A stretch of DNA of 64,000 nt from Ignavibacteriota bacterium (GTDB lineage: Bacteria; Bacteroidota; Ignavibacteria; Palsa-1295). The notes under the pieces are model-generated. The model saw nothing but the letters and a program-made list of their open reading frames with translations. It ran no database searches and was not told where the DNA came from. Shown in pieces: positions 9,862 through 22,275 of the stretch. Position 1 is the first letter of the stretch. Each line of letters starts with the position of its first letter. Position numbers and translations under genes: made by a program. Where the stretch lies: NCBI GenBank assembly GCA_963787835.1, contig CAWBEI010000004.1, positions 1 through 64,000 on the forward strand, written 5' to 3'.

Positions 9862-12800
9862 ATGATACGAACAACTCATAGTTCTGCCTTGCCCGCACGT
9901 GTGACAGTAGCGCTGTTGGCGCTCGCACTTGTTGCTGGCCTTGCGCCGCGCGTCGAAGCGCAGTCCTATGAGAGAGTGCGCGCCACAAAGCTGGTGCTCA
10001 GCAGCACGATCGGCGGCACGCCGGATTTAAGCCACACGATCACGATCTCCGCTCCTTCGCTAAGCATTAATTCCCTTGTTACCTGGCCGGCCGCGAATGC
10101 GCCAGGTATTCTTACGAACGATGGCTTGGGAAATCTCTCCTGGGTTACGCTTGGCACAACCAGCATCACTCCTGGCACAAATAATACATTCCTTGTCACC
10201 GATGGCACCGGCGCCGTTAACTGGGATGCCTTCAGCAGGGATGCGACGTTGGTGGGCGATGGCATTACGACCCCGCTTGGAATTAATCTTGCAAACCCGA
10301 ATACCTGGACCGGCGCGCAGACCATCGCGCCAACCACCAACGTGGCAGGCCTCGTCGTGCAGGGAACGAGCGCGGGAACACCGACCGCCGATATGTTCGA
10401 TGTTCAAAATGCCGGTGGCTCGTCCACGTACTTCAATGTTGATAAGACTGGATTGGTGAATGTTGGTACTGGGACAAGCCTCAATGGAGCCCTCAACGTG
10501 AATGGATACATTACGTATCAGTATGATTTTGTCACGGTTCCGGGCAGCGCCACAAGCGATGATGTCAACCCGGGAAACCAGTCCCTTGCGGGTATTCTTC
10601 AGAATGGGACTGCGGGAGATTTCACTATCACGGGCTTCACGAACGGCACCGATGGTCGCTTAATGGATATAGTTAACCTGACCTCTTACAACCTGACACT
10701 CGCGAATCAGAGAGGAAGTGCTGTTGCCAATCAGATCCAAACTGCGAACGGCCAGGACCTTGTATTGCCCCCCTATGCTGTTGTTCGGCTTATTTGGAGC
10801 GACTTCTTCGGTGGATGGGCCGTTGAATATACCAGCGGTATCAATTCGGTTGCCTTAGGCAATACCGGATTGACCACCATGACACAAAATGGTATCCTCT
10901 ATGGTAACGGAACGAATCCCATCGGCGTAACTTCCCCAGCTGCGAATAGTGTGCTTGTCACGGATGGGAGTGACAACCCATCGCTGAGTCAAACACTTCC
11001 GGCAGCGGTGCAAGCCAATATTACATCGCTCACCGGCCTGACAGGCGATATCCAGTATCCGACGTCGCTCACGTTCGATGGCACTGCCGATCGAGTAGAA
11101 ACGCTGGAACGGAATACGGGCACAAATCCTGGTTCCGGCCTGACGATCCAAGCGGGAGCGCCGCAAGCATCTGCCAGTGTCAACAATCTCAATGGCGGCG
11201 ATCTTACGCTATCAAGCGGGATTTCAGAAGGCTCTGGGCTTTCGAGCATTCTCTTTCAGACTCCGGCTATCGGCTCCACCGGCAATAGCGATAACACACC
11301 TGCGACAAGGATGACGTTGAATTCGACGCAGCTCGAACTTGCATCCGGCATGGAACTCGATCAAAATGGTACTCAGCGAATATCTTCCACCGGGGCAGGA
11401 ACACTAACGAGCCTGACGCTCGGAACTCCGCTCACGGGTGCCAATGGCGGGACGGGCAGTTCGTACGTCAGTTTCACAACGGGAGGTTCCACTGCCCGCA
11501 CTTACACACTTCCGGATGCAAATGCGACGCTGCTTTCGACCACGACAGGCGTGGAGTTGCAAAGTTCCACACCTGGCACTGCGCAAAGTGGCAACGTGAA
11601 TCTTGCCGGTACGCTCCTTGCTACTACGGTCGGAATTGGCACGAGTTCGCCCACCGGCGGCCTCGACATAGAGGGAACATTGGTTTACGGAATTGATTCT
11701 GTCACGATCGCCGGCAGTTCGAGTAATAACAATGTCAGCCCAGGTTTAAAGTCTGCGACCTCGATCGGAATGAGCGGGACTCTCGGGCCAGCGACGATCA
11801 CAGGTTTTTCCGGGGGAGTTGCAGGCCGGACTGTTAGGATTGGGAACGCGACCGGGCAAAACATTACGCTCTCCTATATGTCGTCTTTGAGTAGTCCCGG
11901 TAATCAGATCTATAATGCAACCGGGCAAGATTTTGTCCTGCTCCCGAAAGCAGTCGTGGAATTTACTTATGTTCCGGGGTTGCATGCCTGGGGTATGGGA
12001 TATGTGGAGGGAGTGCCGACTCCAATAGCGTTGGGTGGTACCGGGGCAACGACGGCTCCGGCGGCATTAGCGAACCTGTTACCAGCTTCGCCAACAACGG
12101 GTTATTTTCTCGAGTGGAATGGTTCGGCCTTCGTTTGGAACTCGGTAAGCGCTTCGCCCGGCGTGGTAACCAGTGTTGGGATCGATCCGGGTTCAACGGG
12201 ACTCACTGTCTCGAACAGCCCGATTACGAGTTCCGGAAACATCGGGATTGCAGGTACGCTCAACATAGCCAATGGCGGAACAGGGCAAACGACCGCGAAT
12301 GCCGCATTGAACGCATTGCTGCCATCGCAAAGCTCGAAGACGGGGCAGGCGTTGCTGACCGATGGCACGAATTCCTATTGGAGTTCCGTGGGAACCGGAA
12401 ATGGAACAGTCACCAGCGTGAATGTTGCCATTCCGGGAATGACCTCTTCCGGTGCGATCACAACATCCGGTACGATCAGTATGAGCGGGGATCTGGCTGT
12501 TTCGAATGGCGGAACCGGGCAAGGGTCAGCGCTTACGCAAGGCGGCGTGGTGTATGGCGCTTCCACCACCGCCATGGCAGCCAGCACAGGGGGAACTTCA
12601 GGGCAGGTACTTGTCTCCGGCGGTACGGGAGCGCCGAGTTTTACGTCCAGCCTTTCCGGACTTACGATCGACAACTCCACGATCGGCTTGACGACCCCTT
12701 TAGCAGGTGCATTCACGAGTGCGACGACTCCCAACATCTATGGCGGCAGCATGGCCGGTTCCGAGTTGAATTTGCAATCGACGAGCAATGTCTCACCAGC

Positions 12801-15800
12801 CGGAGATTATATCACGCTGAATGCCGGTGGGGTAGAACAAGCACGCATCACTTCCACAGGCCTCGGAGTTGGAACCACTTCACCGGCAGGGACCCTGGAC
12901 GATAACGGCACATTTCTCCTCCATGACGACACGGTAACTATCACTGGTGGTGCGACAAACAATAACGTCAGCTCTGGGGTGCGAGCTATTTTGCACGTTG
13001 GACTGCAAGGCACAGCAGCACCCTCGACGATCACTGGTTTCGCAGGCGTGGTCGAAGGGCGGCAACTTGAGGTCATTAACCTGACCGGTCAGCCTTTGAC
13101 TCTCGCCAATCGGACGGGAAGTTTAGTCGCCAATCAAATTTATACAGAGACAGGCAATAATATTACGCTTGCTCCGGATGCGGTAGCGCAGCTTCGGCAC
13201 GATGATGAGCTGAACGGCTGGTACGTCGAGTTCATAAACGGGGGCGCTGGAGTCACATCTGGTGGTACAGGAGAACAATTCCCTTACCCAAAATGGAATT
13301 TTGTTTGGCAATGGCACGAACCCTATCGGCGCGACTTCCGCCGCGGCTAATAGCGTGCTGGTTACCAATGGCAGTAATGTTCCTTCGCTCAGCCAGACGC
13401 TTCCCACGCAAGTGCAAGCCAATATTACCTCGCTGACCGGCATGACGGGACTGATCGAGTATCCGACCGGAATTATTTTCAATGGCACCGGTGGAGTGGG
13501 GGATTCGCTGAATCGGAACATAGGTACTGCCGCCGGTCAGAACCTTACGGTGCGAGCAGGTGCGCCAGCCAGCGGCGTCGGGAATGTCGCGGGAGGGAAC
13601 CTGATCCTTTCAAGCGGTATTGCAGAGGGCAGCGGAATTTCGAATATTATTTTTCAGGTACCGGATCCCAGCTTACCAGGAACCGCAGATAATCTACCGG
13701 TAACACAGATGACGCTGACATCGACCGCACTCAATCTTTTTACAGGAACCGATCTTCAAACAAATGGCACAACGCGCATCTCTTCAGCAGGCGCGGGGAC
13801 GCTAACCAGTCTTACACTCGGAAGCCCGCTTGCGGTTCCGAGCGGTGGGACAGGACTTTCAAGTATTCCCGCCCACAGCGTGCTTATTGGCGAAGGGACA
13901 AGCAATGTCGCGGCAGCAACTCCCTCGACGGCTGGATATGTATTGACGAGCAACGGAGGATCCTCTGACCCAACATGGCAGGCTTCTTCTGGATCGGTCT
14001 TTAGTGTATCGAATTCGGATGGCTCACTTGCGATCTCGCCCACGACGGGCAATGTTGTAGCCTCGCTCGCGCCGGGCCATGCCAATACCTGGACGGCAAC
14101 CCAAACGTATAATAACACGACAAGCAATAACGCGGCATTGGTTGTGAACAACACCTACGTGAATGGATTGGGCGGCACTGCAATTGGTGCGACAGTCACC
14201 TCGACGGGTCCAAGCTCCGGTACGAACACGGCTCTTACGCTGACCGCCTCAGGTGGGGCTACGAACAATGCACTGGCAGTAATTGCTGGAACTGTGAACA
14301 TCGCGGGGCTCACGCCGAGTGTGCCGGTCTTCACCGATGCCAATAAGAACCTCATCTCCACTCCGATCGTACCACCGGCTAATGGCGGAACAGGAACATC
14401 GACAGCCTTCACGCCTGGCAGCGTGATCTTTGCAGGAGCCGGCGGCGTGTACGCACAAGATAACTCTAACTTCTTCTGGGATGAGACGAATAAAACGCTT
14501 ACGCTCGGAGGATCGGGGTATGAGCTTCCGCAATCGACCATCAGCACCTCTGGCAATATCAATAATTTCCTTCAGATCAACAACCAAAATCTGTCGAACG
14601 GCAATGATGCTTCTACGGATTTTGTAGCTACTGCGGATAATGGTTCCAACTCGAACTATTATATCGATATGGGTATCAATGGCTCGATGTACAAACAGGC
14701 CGACTATGATGTCGGCAAAGGGGATGATGGATACCTGGTGGCGCAAGGGGGCAATCTCGATCTCGGCGCGGGGGCTACCGGGGATTCGGTCATACTCTTT
14801 ACCGGCGGCAATAACACAACAAACCGGGCGCTCTCCATCGATGGCTCACAGATCATTACATTCTCGCAATATGGCGCCGGTGCGCTTTCTACGGATGGCT
14901 CCGGTGTAGTCTCTTCAGGAACCCTCACTGTTCCCAATGGCGGTACCGGTCTTGCAACGATCGCAGCACACAGCGTGATCCTCGGGGAGGGAACAAGTGC
15001 AGTTGCAGTAGCAACGCCATCCACGGCAGGTTATGTGCTTACCAGCACCGGCGCATCTTCCGACCCGACGTGGCAAGCAGCTTCCGGTGCCGTGTTGAGC
15101 GTTGCCAATTCGGATGGCACGCTAACGATCTCACCGACGACGGGCAACGTTGTTGCATCTATCGCGCTCGGACATGCCAACACTTGGACGGGAACTCAAA
15201 TATTCCCGCTAACAGACGCCCAAGGCAGTGCGTTTACGAATTCCCTTAATAACGCCACAACAACGCTCATCAATGGCACCAAGATCAGTGGCAATATCTC
15301 CGGTAATGCTGCGAACGTAACAGGAATTGTTGCGCTTGCAAACGGAGGCACGAACGCTGCCTTGACGCCATCGAATGGCGGAATCTTTTACAGCACTGGC
15401 ACGGCCGGAGCGATCCTCGGTGGTACGGCTACTGCCCATCAGGTGCTGCTCTCCGGGGCTGGTTCGGCGCCATCCTGGAGTACTGCAACATATCCGGCAA
15501 CAACGTCGGCGAACCAGTTGCTTTATTCGAACGCAGCGAACACTGTCGCGGGACTCGCGACGGCGAATAATGGAATACTGGTTACTTCCTCGAGTGGAGT
15601 TCCCTCCATCGGTTCCACGTTGCCCACTGCTGTGCAGAGCAATATCACACAGGTTGGTACGATCACGAGTGGGGTATGGAATGGAACTCCGATCGGCCCG
15701 ACGTATGGCGGAACGGGCGTCAACAACGGCTCGAACACGATCACGCTTGGTGGCAACATGAATACCGGCGGAGCCTTCACTACGACCCCTGGAAATGCTG

Positions 15801-17452
15801 TGACATTCACAACGACCGGCACGACGAACATTACGCTCCCAACCTCCGGAACCTTAGCCACGACGGGTAATACGGTTTCCAGCGTAGGTCTATCGCTTCC
15901 TTCGATCTTTACGGTCACGAATTCCCCCGTTACTTCGTCGGGTACGCTCACGGGTTCCCTGAATACACAAACTGCGAATACCGTGTTTGCAGGCCCGTCG
16001 TCTGGTAGTGCAGCAGTACCGACATTCCGCGCGATGGTCTCAGCAGATTACCCGGCGAGCACGATAAACTATGGCAGCATTCAGAACGAGACGAAAAGTA
16101 CTATCTTAGGTAATCCCTCTGGCTCGACGTCTGCTGCTCCGAGCGAGATCACGCTTGGCGCGGGTCTTAGTTTTAGCGGGACTACGCTCGTCAATACAGG
16201 CGTAACGACGAACCCTCTGACGACGCTCGGTGATATCATCTACGCTTCGAACACTGCGACTCCGGCCACACCCGCGCGGTTGGGAGGCAGCACGACGGCC
16301 TCCACAAAGGAATTTTTAACTTCCACTGCAACGGCGGGCGGAGTTGCGCAAGCTCCTGCCTGGGCGACGCTGGCCTCGGGTGATATTCCGAATAACACTG
16401 CGAACACCACGGGCAGCGCGGGAAGTTTTACCGGCTCACTCGCCGGTGATGTGACGGGAACACAAAGCGCAACGGCCATCGCGAACACCTCTGCGGCTGG
16501 GGGACACATTATTGCTGCGTTATCAACAAATGCCGGAACCCTTACTAACAACACATCCGGCAATGCTGCAAATGTAACCGGAATTGTTGCGCTTGCAAAC
16601 GGCGGTACGAGCGCGGCGCTAACTGCATCGAACGGTGGCATTTTCTACAGCACCTCGACTGCAGGAGCGATTCTGGCGGGGACGGCTACCGCAAATCAGA
16701 TCTTGCTTTCCGGTGCGAGTGCTGCGCCATCCTGGAGTACGAACACGTATCCGGCAACAGATGCAAAGGGCGATCTTCACTATGCTTCGGCAACAAATGC
16801 GGTCACTGGTCTGGCGATCGGTTCAACAGGGCAGATGCTGACAGTTGCCAGTGGCTTGCCTGCATGGACAACGGCAACCTATCCCGCTACGACAACGGCT
16901 TACAACCTTCTTGTTTCGACCGCCGCGAATGTCGTTGGCCAGGTGGCGGCTGGAACTACGGGTCAGGTGCTCACGGCTACGACAGGCGCGGCTCCGGCAT
17001 TTGCGGCGAATACGGGTGGCTGGACTCAAGTGACGGTAACGGGTTCCAATTTCACCACGACCGGACAAACATTGACTACGATCACCGGACTTTCTTTCAC
17101 ACCCGCCATCAGTACCAATTATGAAATAGAAGGGTGGATCATTGCCTCCAGTTCTACAAATGCTGGTGACGAATTCGGATTTTCAAGCGGCGGTACTAGC
17201 TCAACGGCTTCTATCATTTGGACGGCTCCACTTGCAGCAACAACTGCAACATCTGTCACAACTGCAACGTCAGGGTCGGCTTCCACAGCAGTGCTTACCG
17301 CTTCGCAAACGAACGCTGAGGTTTTCTTTCATGGTTTTTTGGCGTCCGGAACTGGCAGTCCATCCTTTGCAATTGAAGGACTCAAAACCACAAACGGAAC
17401 ACTCACAGTATTGGTAGGAAGCACGTTAAGATATAGAGTGCTGGGTCAATAA
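9862..17452 (+). CDS. Giant secreted fibre-like protein D (~2530 aa), split by a frameshift near 13270
   Basis: ORFs 9862-13350 and 13262-17452; the internal repeat GNTGLTTMTQNGILYGNGTNPIG recurs as GGTG/NNSLTQNGILFGNGTNPIG across the break; many NGGTG motifs; same N-motif as B and C. Confidence 0.75.
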
Positions 17453-17604
17453 ATTCAGAAGACTGCATCTCCTCGGCCGTCCTCTCAGCGGGTATTACTA
17501 AGGCAACCATAGGTCGATCGTAAGTTAAGGACTTATTTGCATTTTCGAGCATGTTTGGAACGTGAGTTCGAGCCTGAAAGTTGTGTGCAGCTAACCCAAC
17601 AATC

Positions 17605-17721
17605 ACACCGGAATCGGACGAAAGAACGAGGTGCCAACAAAGTTCGTAACAGCGTTTTGAGGCCTTCTTTAGCGGGTTTATGGGGATGGCACTTCCCCTC
17701 GGTGTAGCTACGGAAGCCCTC
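17605..17721 (+). ncRNA. Putative structured RNA upstream of tRNA-Ser, left (host-side) copy
   Basis: Closely homologous to 40176-40293; pairings acaccg/cggtgt, gtgcc/ggcac, gggga/tcccc and gagg.cttc..tagc/gcta..gaagccctc retained. Confidence 0.6.
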
Positions 17722-17756
17722 GGTTTCTTCTGTCTGAGTGACGGAAGGACGTATTT

Positions 17757-17800
17757 GGAGAGGTGGCCGAGTGGCTGAAGGCAACGGTTTGCTAAACCGT
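17757..17800 (+). repeat. attL: 44-bp 5' half of tRNA-Ser(GCT) followed by degenerate 3' sequence
   Basis: GGAGAGGTGGCCGAGTGGCTGAAGGCAACGGTTTGCTAAACCGT is identical to 40328-40371; no intact T-arm or acceptor after it. Confidence 0.92.
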
Positions 17801-17845
17801 AGTACATTCAGCAAATTGCACCGCATTCGAAGGTTCTCTTTCGAA

Positions 17846-17866
17846 GTCAATCAATTCTCAATCACT
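17846..17866 (+). promoter_or_regulatory. Putative integrase arm-type site (left)
   Basis: GTCAATCAAttcTCAATCACT, matching GTCAATCAAaagTCAATCACT at 40086-40106. Confidence 0.65.
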
Positions 17867-18301
17867 CGCCCGTATTAATGGGATGTAAGGATCGTCCCCC
17901 ACTCAACATCTCTCAGGGAGTCCCTTCCCCGGTCTTCAAACAGTCCACCAGAGTATTAGCATCCTATCTTCCTTCCGACTTCTTACAAAGATCGAAACTC
18001 TGATTTGAGGAACTATCTCTGAAAAAAGTCGAACGAAATTGTCGTGGCCTTTGAAGGGGAAACAACCCATATTTGGTAACGAGAATTCGTGACGTCACAC
18101 TTTTTGAGTGGCAAACACAGTGGGTTTGCACGGCATTATCCGTGACAGTACCTCCAGCGAGTTTTCGAGCGCAGCGATGGGCACGAACTAAGTGAAGCAA
18201 AATGCTTATTATACACGGCGCAAATGCGAAGCGCCGTGCAAAATATTTGGATCGAAGTTTGGAGCGACAGTCAAAACGCAGCTTATGGAAAGCGGCTCGT
18301 T

Positions 18302-19495
18302 ATGGCTTCGGGTTTATTCAAAAATTCCGCCAAGAATGGCGTTTGGTATGGGCAATATGCCGACAAGAGCGGCAAACGAAAACAGTTCTCAACTCGAACG
18401 ACGATTGAGCGAGAGGCCAGGAAGGTCTTCCAAAAGAAGCTCCAAGAGATTTGGGACGAAGAAGATCGTCCGAAGCTCCGAATAATTTCTCTCAGCGCTT
18501 TTACTGAGGAATATCTGTCGTCGCGGCGCGGTGAGAGGATAAGCCAAAGTCAACTCAAAGAACTTCGCGCTTCACTCAACTTCCTGCATCGCGTTATTGG
18601 AGACGTTCCACTTCACTTAATCGAAGTCGAGGACTGCGAGCGGTTCATCACACGCGGTTGGAGGTCGGAAGGTTGGGGTTCCCTCTATTCAGCCCGGAAG
18701 CATTATCAGAATCTTCATGCAGCTTTCGGAACAGCTGTCAGATGGAAGCACATCCGGACGAACCCGTTTGCCGAAATCAAAAAGCCGAAACCCGTTGAAC
18801 GAATGCCGGAGATTCTTACTCGGCGTGAGCTATCTCTGCTATTCGATTCGCTTCCCGACGATAGCTGCAAAGATCGTCGTTTGCGGAACATCGTTCTACT
18901 CGCTGTAAATACTGGCCTCCGTTTGGGTGAGATCCTTCACTTGGAGCGGCGCGACGTTGACTTTGACGCAAACGTCCTACTTGTGCGCGCTAAGCGCGAC
19001 TGGACACCAAAGAGCAAAAAGCCGCGTGTTGTACCACTTTCAGAAGATGCTGTCCGTGCCTTGCGATCACAAATATCTGAGAACGCTAAAAGGGAACGCG
19101 AGCCAGTTGGAACCTCAGCAGTTGTATTTCCCAATCCACACGGCTTCCCGCTTACTTCGCCAATAGTGGAACGGCCTTTCATTGCAAAGGTTCGTGAGCT
19201 ATGGCCGAATCGGGCCGGGCTTCACTTTCATTCACTCCGTCACACCTACGGTTCGTTCCTTTGTGAACGCGGGGTGTCCCTGCAAGAAATTCAAAAGATT
19301 ATGGGTCACTCATCGGTGAAGGTGACAGAGATTTACGCGCGGCTTCGTGGGAATGATTTCTCACATGCACTCGAAGCCCTTAACGCAACGCCTTCGCTGG
19401 TACGAGCGAGCTACACAACACCGGAAGCATTTGAAGAGAATGCATCGCAAGAATGCTCCACGCTCCAGAGTGATCGAAAGGCGGTGTTGGTATGA
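18302..19495 (+). CDS. Tyrosine recombinase / phage integrase
   Basis: TGLRLGE (R), HSLRHTY (HxxR), MGH, EIYA (Y); start uncertain (ORF opens at 18224). Confidence 0.93.
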   Translation: MASGLFKNSAKNGVWYGQYADKSGKRKQFSTRTTIEREARKVFQKKLQEIWDEEDRPKLRIISLSAFTEEYLSSRRGERISQSQLKELRASLNFLHRVIGDVPLHLIEVEDCERFITRGWRSEGWGSLYSARKHYQNLHAAFGTAVRWKHIRTNPFAEIKKPKPVERMPEILTRRELSLLFDSLPDDSCKDRRLRNIVLLAVNTGLRLGEILHLERRDVDFDANVLLVRAKRDWTPKSKKPRVVPLSEDAVRALRSQISENAKREREPVGTSAVVFPNPHGFPLTSPIVERPFIAKVRELWPNRAGLHFHSLRHTYGSFLCERGVSLQEIQKIMGHSSVKVTEIYARLRGNDFSHALEALNATPSLVRASYTTPEAFEENASQECSTLQSDRKAVLV

Positions 19496-19764
19496 GCATT
19501 ATTAAACGGAGCGAGGCGCGAATTCACTTATTTAGTGGCAAACGCTATCCATGCCCGTTGTGCGGATCGAAGCGGGGTTTTGCCCGTGCGGACGGAACTA
19601 CAAACACGGGCAAATGTCATTCGTGTGGCAAGTGGATAGAACCCAAGCACGACGATTCATTGCAGCGCAACGATGCAATCCTTCGAACTAAACAAGGCAG
19701 TGCAATTAATACCCGGCCATTCCGAAAGCGGCAAGAACAATCGGAGCCATTCGATACATCCTAA
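19492..19764 (+). CDS. Small Zn-ribbon protein (primase zinc-binding-domain-like remnant)
   Basis: PCPLCG...KCHSCG; start overlaps the integrase stop (ATGA). Confidence 0.55.
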   Translation: MSIIKRSEARIHLFSGKRYPCPLCGSKRGFARADGTTNTGKCHSCGKWIEPKHDDSLQRNDAILRTKQGSAINTRPFRKRQEQSEPFDTS

Positions 19765-20336
19765 CTTCATGCCGGGATAGGCAAGAGAGCCTCTGCACGT
19801 AAGGAGAATGCTCACCAGAGGGCAAGCGAGCACAATGCTTCCGAACAGGATGCTAATGTTTTGCGCGTCGTTTTGGATACGAACCCGGTTACAAACTTGG
19901 TTACGGACGGACGAGTATCAGCCAGTGAACCACAACAATTATGGCTCCACGTACTTTCACGTAATGAGTTCCGAGAGAGCGGCGCGTAACGACCCTAAAT
20001 CATGATGGGTTGGTGAGACGTGGTAAGGTAACAAGCCACAAAGTACGGAATCAAAATCCCTGCTGGGCGACTGCTGCCAAGACATAAAGGCGGGGACGGG
20101 GACGCAGGGACGGCCCGGAATTATGTCGAATGAGAAAGGCCGCGTTCACAGAAGATATGGTGTTAGATTGTGAAAACTTTTCAAAATTAGAACGCGGCAT
20201 TTACCCGTGGCGGAGTCTGAACCCCCTGAACTCCCTCAGATACCTCTCTCCTCCTGAACGTTCACCAGACGCGAAGGATATGCGCGATAGACAGAAATTC
20301 GGCTCTATCAGAGTTGAGAGCGGGGACTTGGTGCGT

Positions 20337-20774
20337 TCAGGCTTTCGGTTTTGACTTGGTGCCGTCTCTCACCGTATGATTAGCTTTGATTTGAAGTAGC
20401 GCCGCTTGCATGATGTTCTCAGGATATTTCAAGCCCCGAAGCGCGAGCCTGAACCCGTCGCGTTGCGTATCTTGCGTCGCATCGAGTATGATCGGAGCAA
20501 TCTCCGAATCGCTGAACGAAATAATCCAGAGCGGCCGGCGATTGCGGCGTTCCAGATTCGTTGCACGGTAGAGATCGATCGAAGCGAGAACGTGATTGCC
20601 TTTCACATCCCTGACTTCCATGTAACCGCTTTCGATTGTAGGCACTGTGAAGGGAAGTTGCGCGTTGGGAACTTCTGGTTCCGTAGGTTTCGAAGCAGTT
20701 GGTATCTTGCCTTTTGTCTGGACATTCTTTTTGATCGATGTCGGTTTACCATCTTTCTTATTTTGATTTTTCAT
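20337..20774 (-). CDS. Hypothetical protein
   Basis: 145-aa ATG-initiated ORF, no recognisable motif. Confidence 0.5.
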   Translation of the reverse strand: MKNQNKKDGKPTSIKKNVQTKGKIPTASKPTEPEVPNAQLPFTVPTIESGYMEVRDVKGNHVLASIDLYRATNLERRNRRPLWIISFSDSEIAPIILDATQDTQRDGFRLALRGLKYPENIMQAALLQIKANHTVRDGTKSKPKA

Positions 20775-20856
20775 ATTTCAATTAACGAATTATCGAAATC
20801 CCTGCGGACCGCGCAGGTGCGGTGACATTATCGTTGGTTGTCAATCGCGAAACGGC

Positions 20857-21483
20857 TTGACGCATGGTTTCGAGCCTGCTTCAAAAACAGAGGGGAATAA
20901 GATACCAGCGGGGCTAAAGATCATGATTAAAAACTTGCCACGGTCGCACAAAAAGAAGCTGCATATCGCGCCCAAGAGTGACATCGGAACTAAACAAAGA
21001 TACAAGTCCGATAAGACTGAGCTTTTACGCAGGGTTCGTATCGTTGAGGAGCTTTTAATAACAGGTGCAAGTAGGCCGCAGATATTGCATTATATTTCCT
21101 TAGTAGAAAAAATAGAGGTCAGCGATCGTCAGGTGCGTAACTACATACGATATGCACATCAGCATTTAGAACGTGCCGCCAAGATTGATCGCAGGGCGGA
21201 AATGACAATAGCAAGGAAACGGCTCGATCTCATTTTCAATCTTGCTGTGAGTCCAGGCAAGGGACAGGCCAAGAATTTACGTGCAGCGGTTCAAGCTACT
21301 TCTGCAAGGGCGAAACTGTTAGGATTGAATGCGCCGACGAAGGTAGATCCGCGCATGGGACACATGCCGGAGACGGTGGACGAAGCAGTTGCCGAAATCA
21401 AGCGAATACTTAACGAGGGAATAGACGGCACACGTTCTCGCGGTTCCCAACGGATGAAAAAAAAGAAACGGAAAGACAGTTGA
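20857..21483 (+). CDS. Phage terminase small subunit-like HTH protein
   Basis: HTH-like VSDRQVRNYI and the ARAKLLGLNAPTK motif typical of TerS-like proteins; start uncertain. Confidence 0.55.
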   Translation: MTHGFEPASKTEGNKIPAGLKIMIKNLPRSHKKKLHIAPKSDIGTKQRYKSDKTELLRRVRIVEELLITGASRPQILHYISLVEKIEVSDRQVRNYIRYAHQHLERAAKIDRRAEMTIARKRLDLIFNLAVSPGKGQAKNLRAAVQATSARAKLLGLNAPTKVDPRMGHMPETVDEAVAEIKRILNEGIDGTRSRGSQRMKKKKRKDS

Positions 21484-21523
21484 ACCTGTTCTAAAATATG
21501 AATTCTTACTCGCATGGGTTCCT

Positions 21524-22090
21524 ATGGAAAAAAAAATGGCAGAAAATTTATTAGAAGATTCTTTCATACTCCCGTATGAGAATTCTTTGAAAGCAAGTGA
21601 ATGGGCGGTGCAGAGAGTCGATACTTGGGATAATAATTTGGATAAATTTTTCGGATTAGGCATTCCATTGGTGAGCGGTATCATCATCCAAGCCCTCACT
21701 AAGGCTCAAACGGGATTGGATTATGTTTTTATTGCGAGCGCAATACTCGCTCTTGTCTTTGGCGGCTTCACTATTTGGCGCGGAAAAAATTTAACGACAA
21801 AAGAAGGAATTTGGATCAACGATCCGAATAAATTGCTCTCTGAAGGCGACTGGATAAAGAAGCAAAAATCCGATTATCGTTATTCAATGATAAAGCAATT
21901 AGGCATCCAATTTACGCATAACCAAAATCTCGTTGCACGAAAAAGGAAGGCAGCGAATAAGGCTATTTTTTTGATAACGAGTGCGATTATTCTGGCAGGA
22001 CTGGTTCTGTTGAATCAACCGCGCCTTCCGCAATCGCATGAGTGCTCGGGTCAGACTTCCGCTTTAACTGTTTCACCAATTCGTCAATAG
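21524..22090 (+). CDS. Hypothetical membrane protein (about 3 TM), AT-rich
   Basis: Hydrophobic segments FFGLGIPLVSGIII, YVFIASAILALVFGGF, AIFLITSAIILAGLVLL. Confidence 0.65.
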   Translation: MEKKMAENLLEDSFILPYENSLKASEWAVQRVDTWDNNLDKFFGLGIPLVSGIIIQALTKAQTGLDYVFIASAILALVFGGFTIWRGKNLTTKEGIWINDPNKLLSEGDWIKKQKSDYRYSMIKQLGIQFTHNQNLVARKRKAANKAIFLITSAIILAGLVLLNQPRLPQSHECSGQTSALTVSPIRQ

Positions 22091-22275
22091 TCGAAGGCTG
22101 CGGCGGTGGCGGCGGTGGTGGTGGTGCAGGTTTTTTGCTTTCTTCTTCTGCCATCGGATTGTTCGAATAATGTAAAGGCCGGGTACTTTCACTAAACATG
22201 GGTACTCGGCTCTTTTATTAACAACTGTTGTGCTTTTCGGTTCGGCGTTTCAGTATGAGCGCAAGGTTGCTTTGA

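Noticed and set aside
17605-17721. tmRNA, 6S RNA or lysine riboswitch
   Set aside because: No tRNA-like ends or conserved tag ORF, not a single long rod with a central bubble, and no recognisable riboswitch core.
17757-17840. Second functional tRNA-Ser
   Set aside because: After the anticodon arm only a degenerate remnant remains, with no T-stem or acceptor 3' strand.
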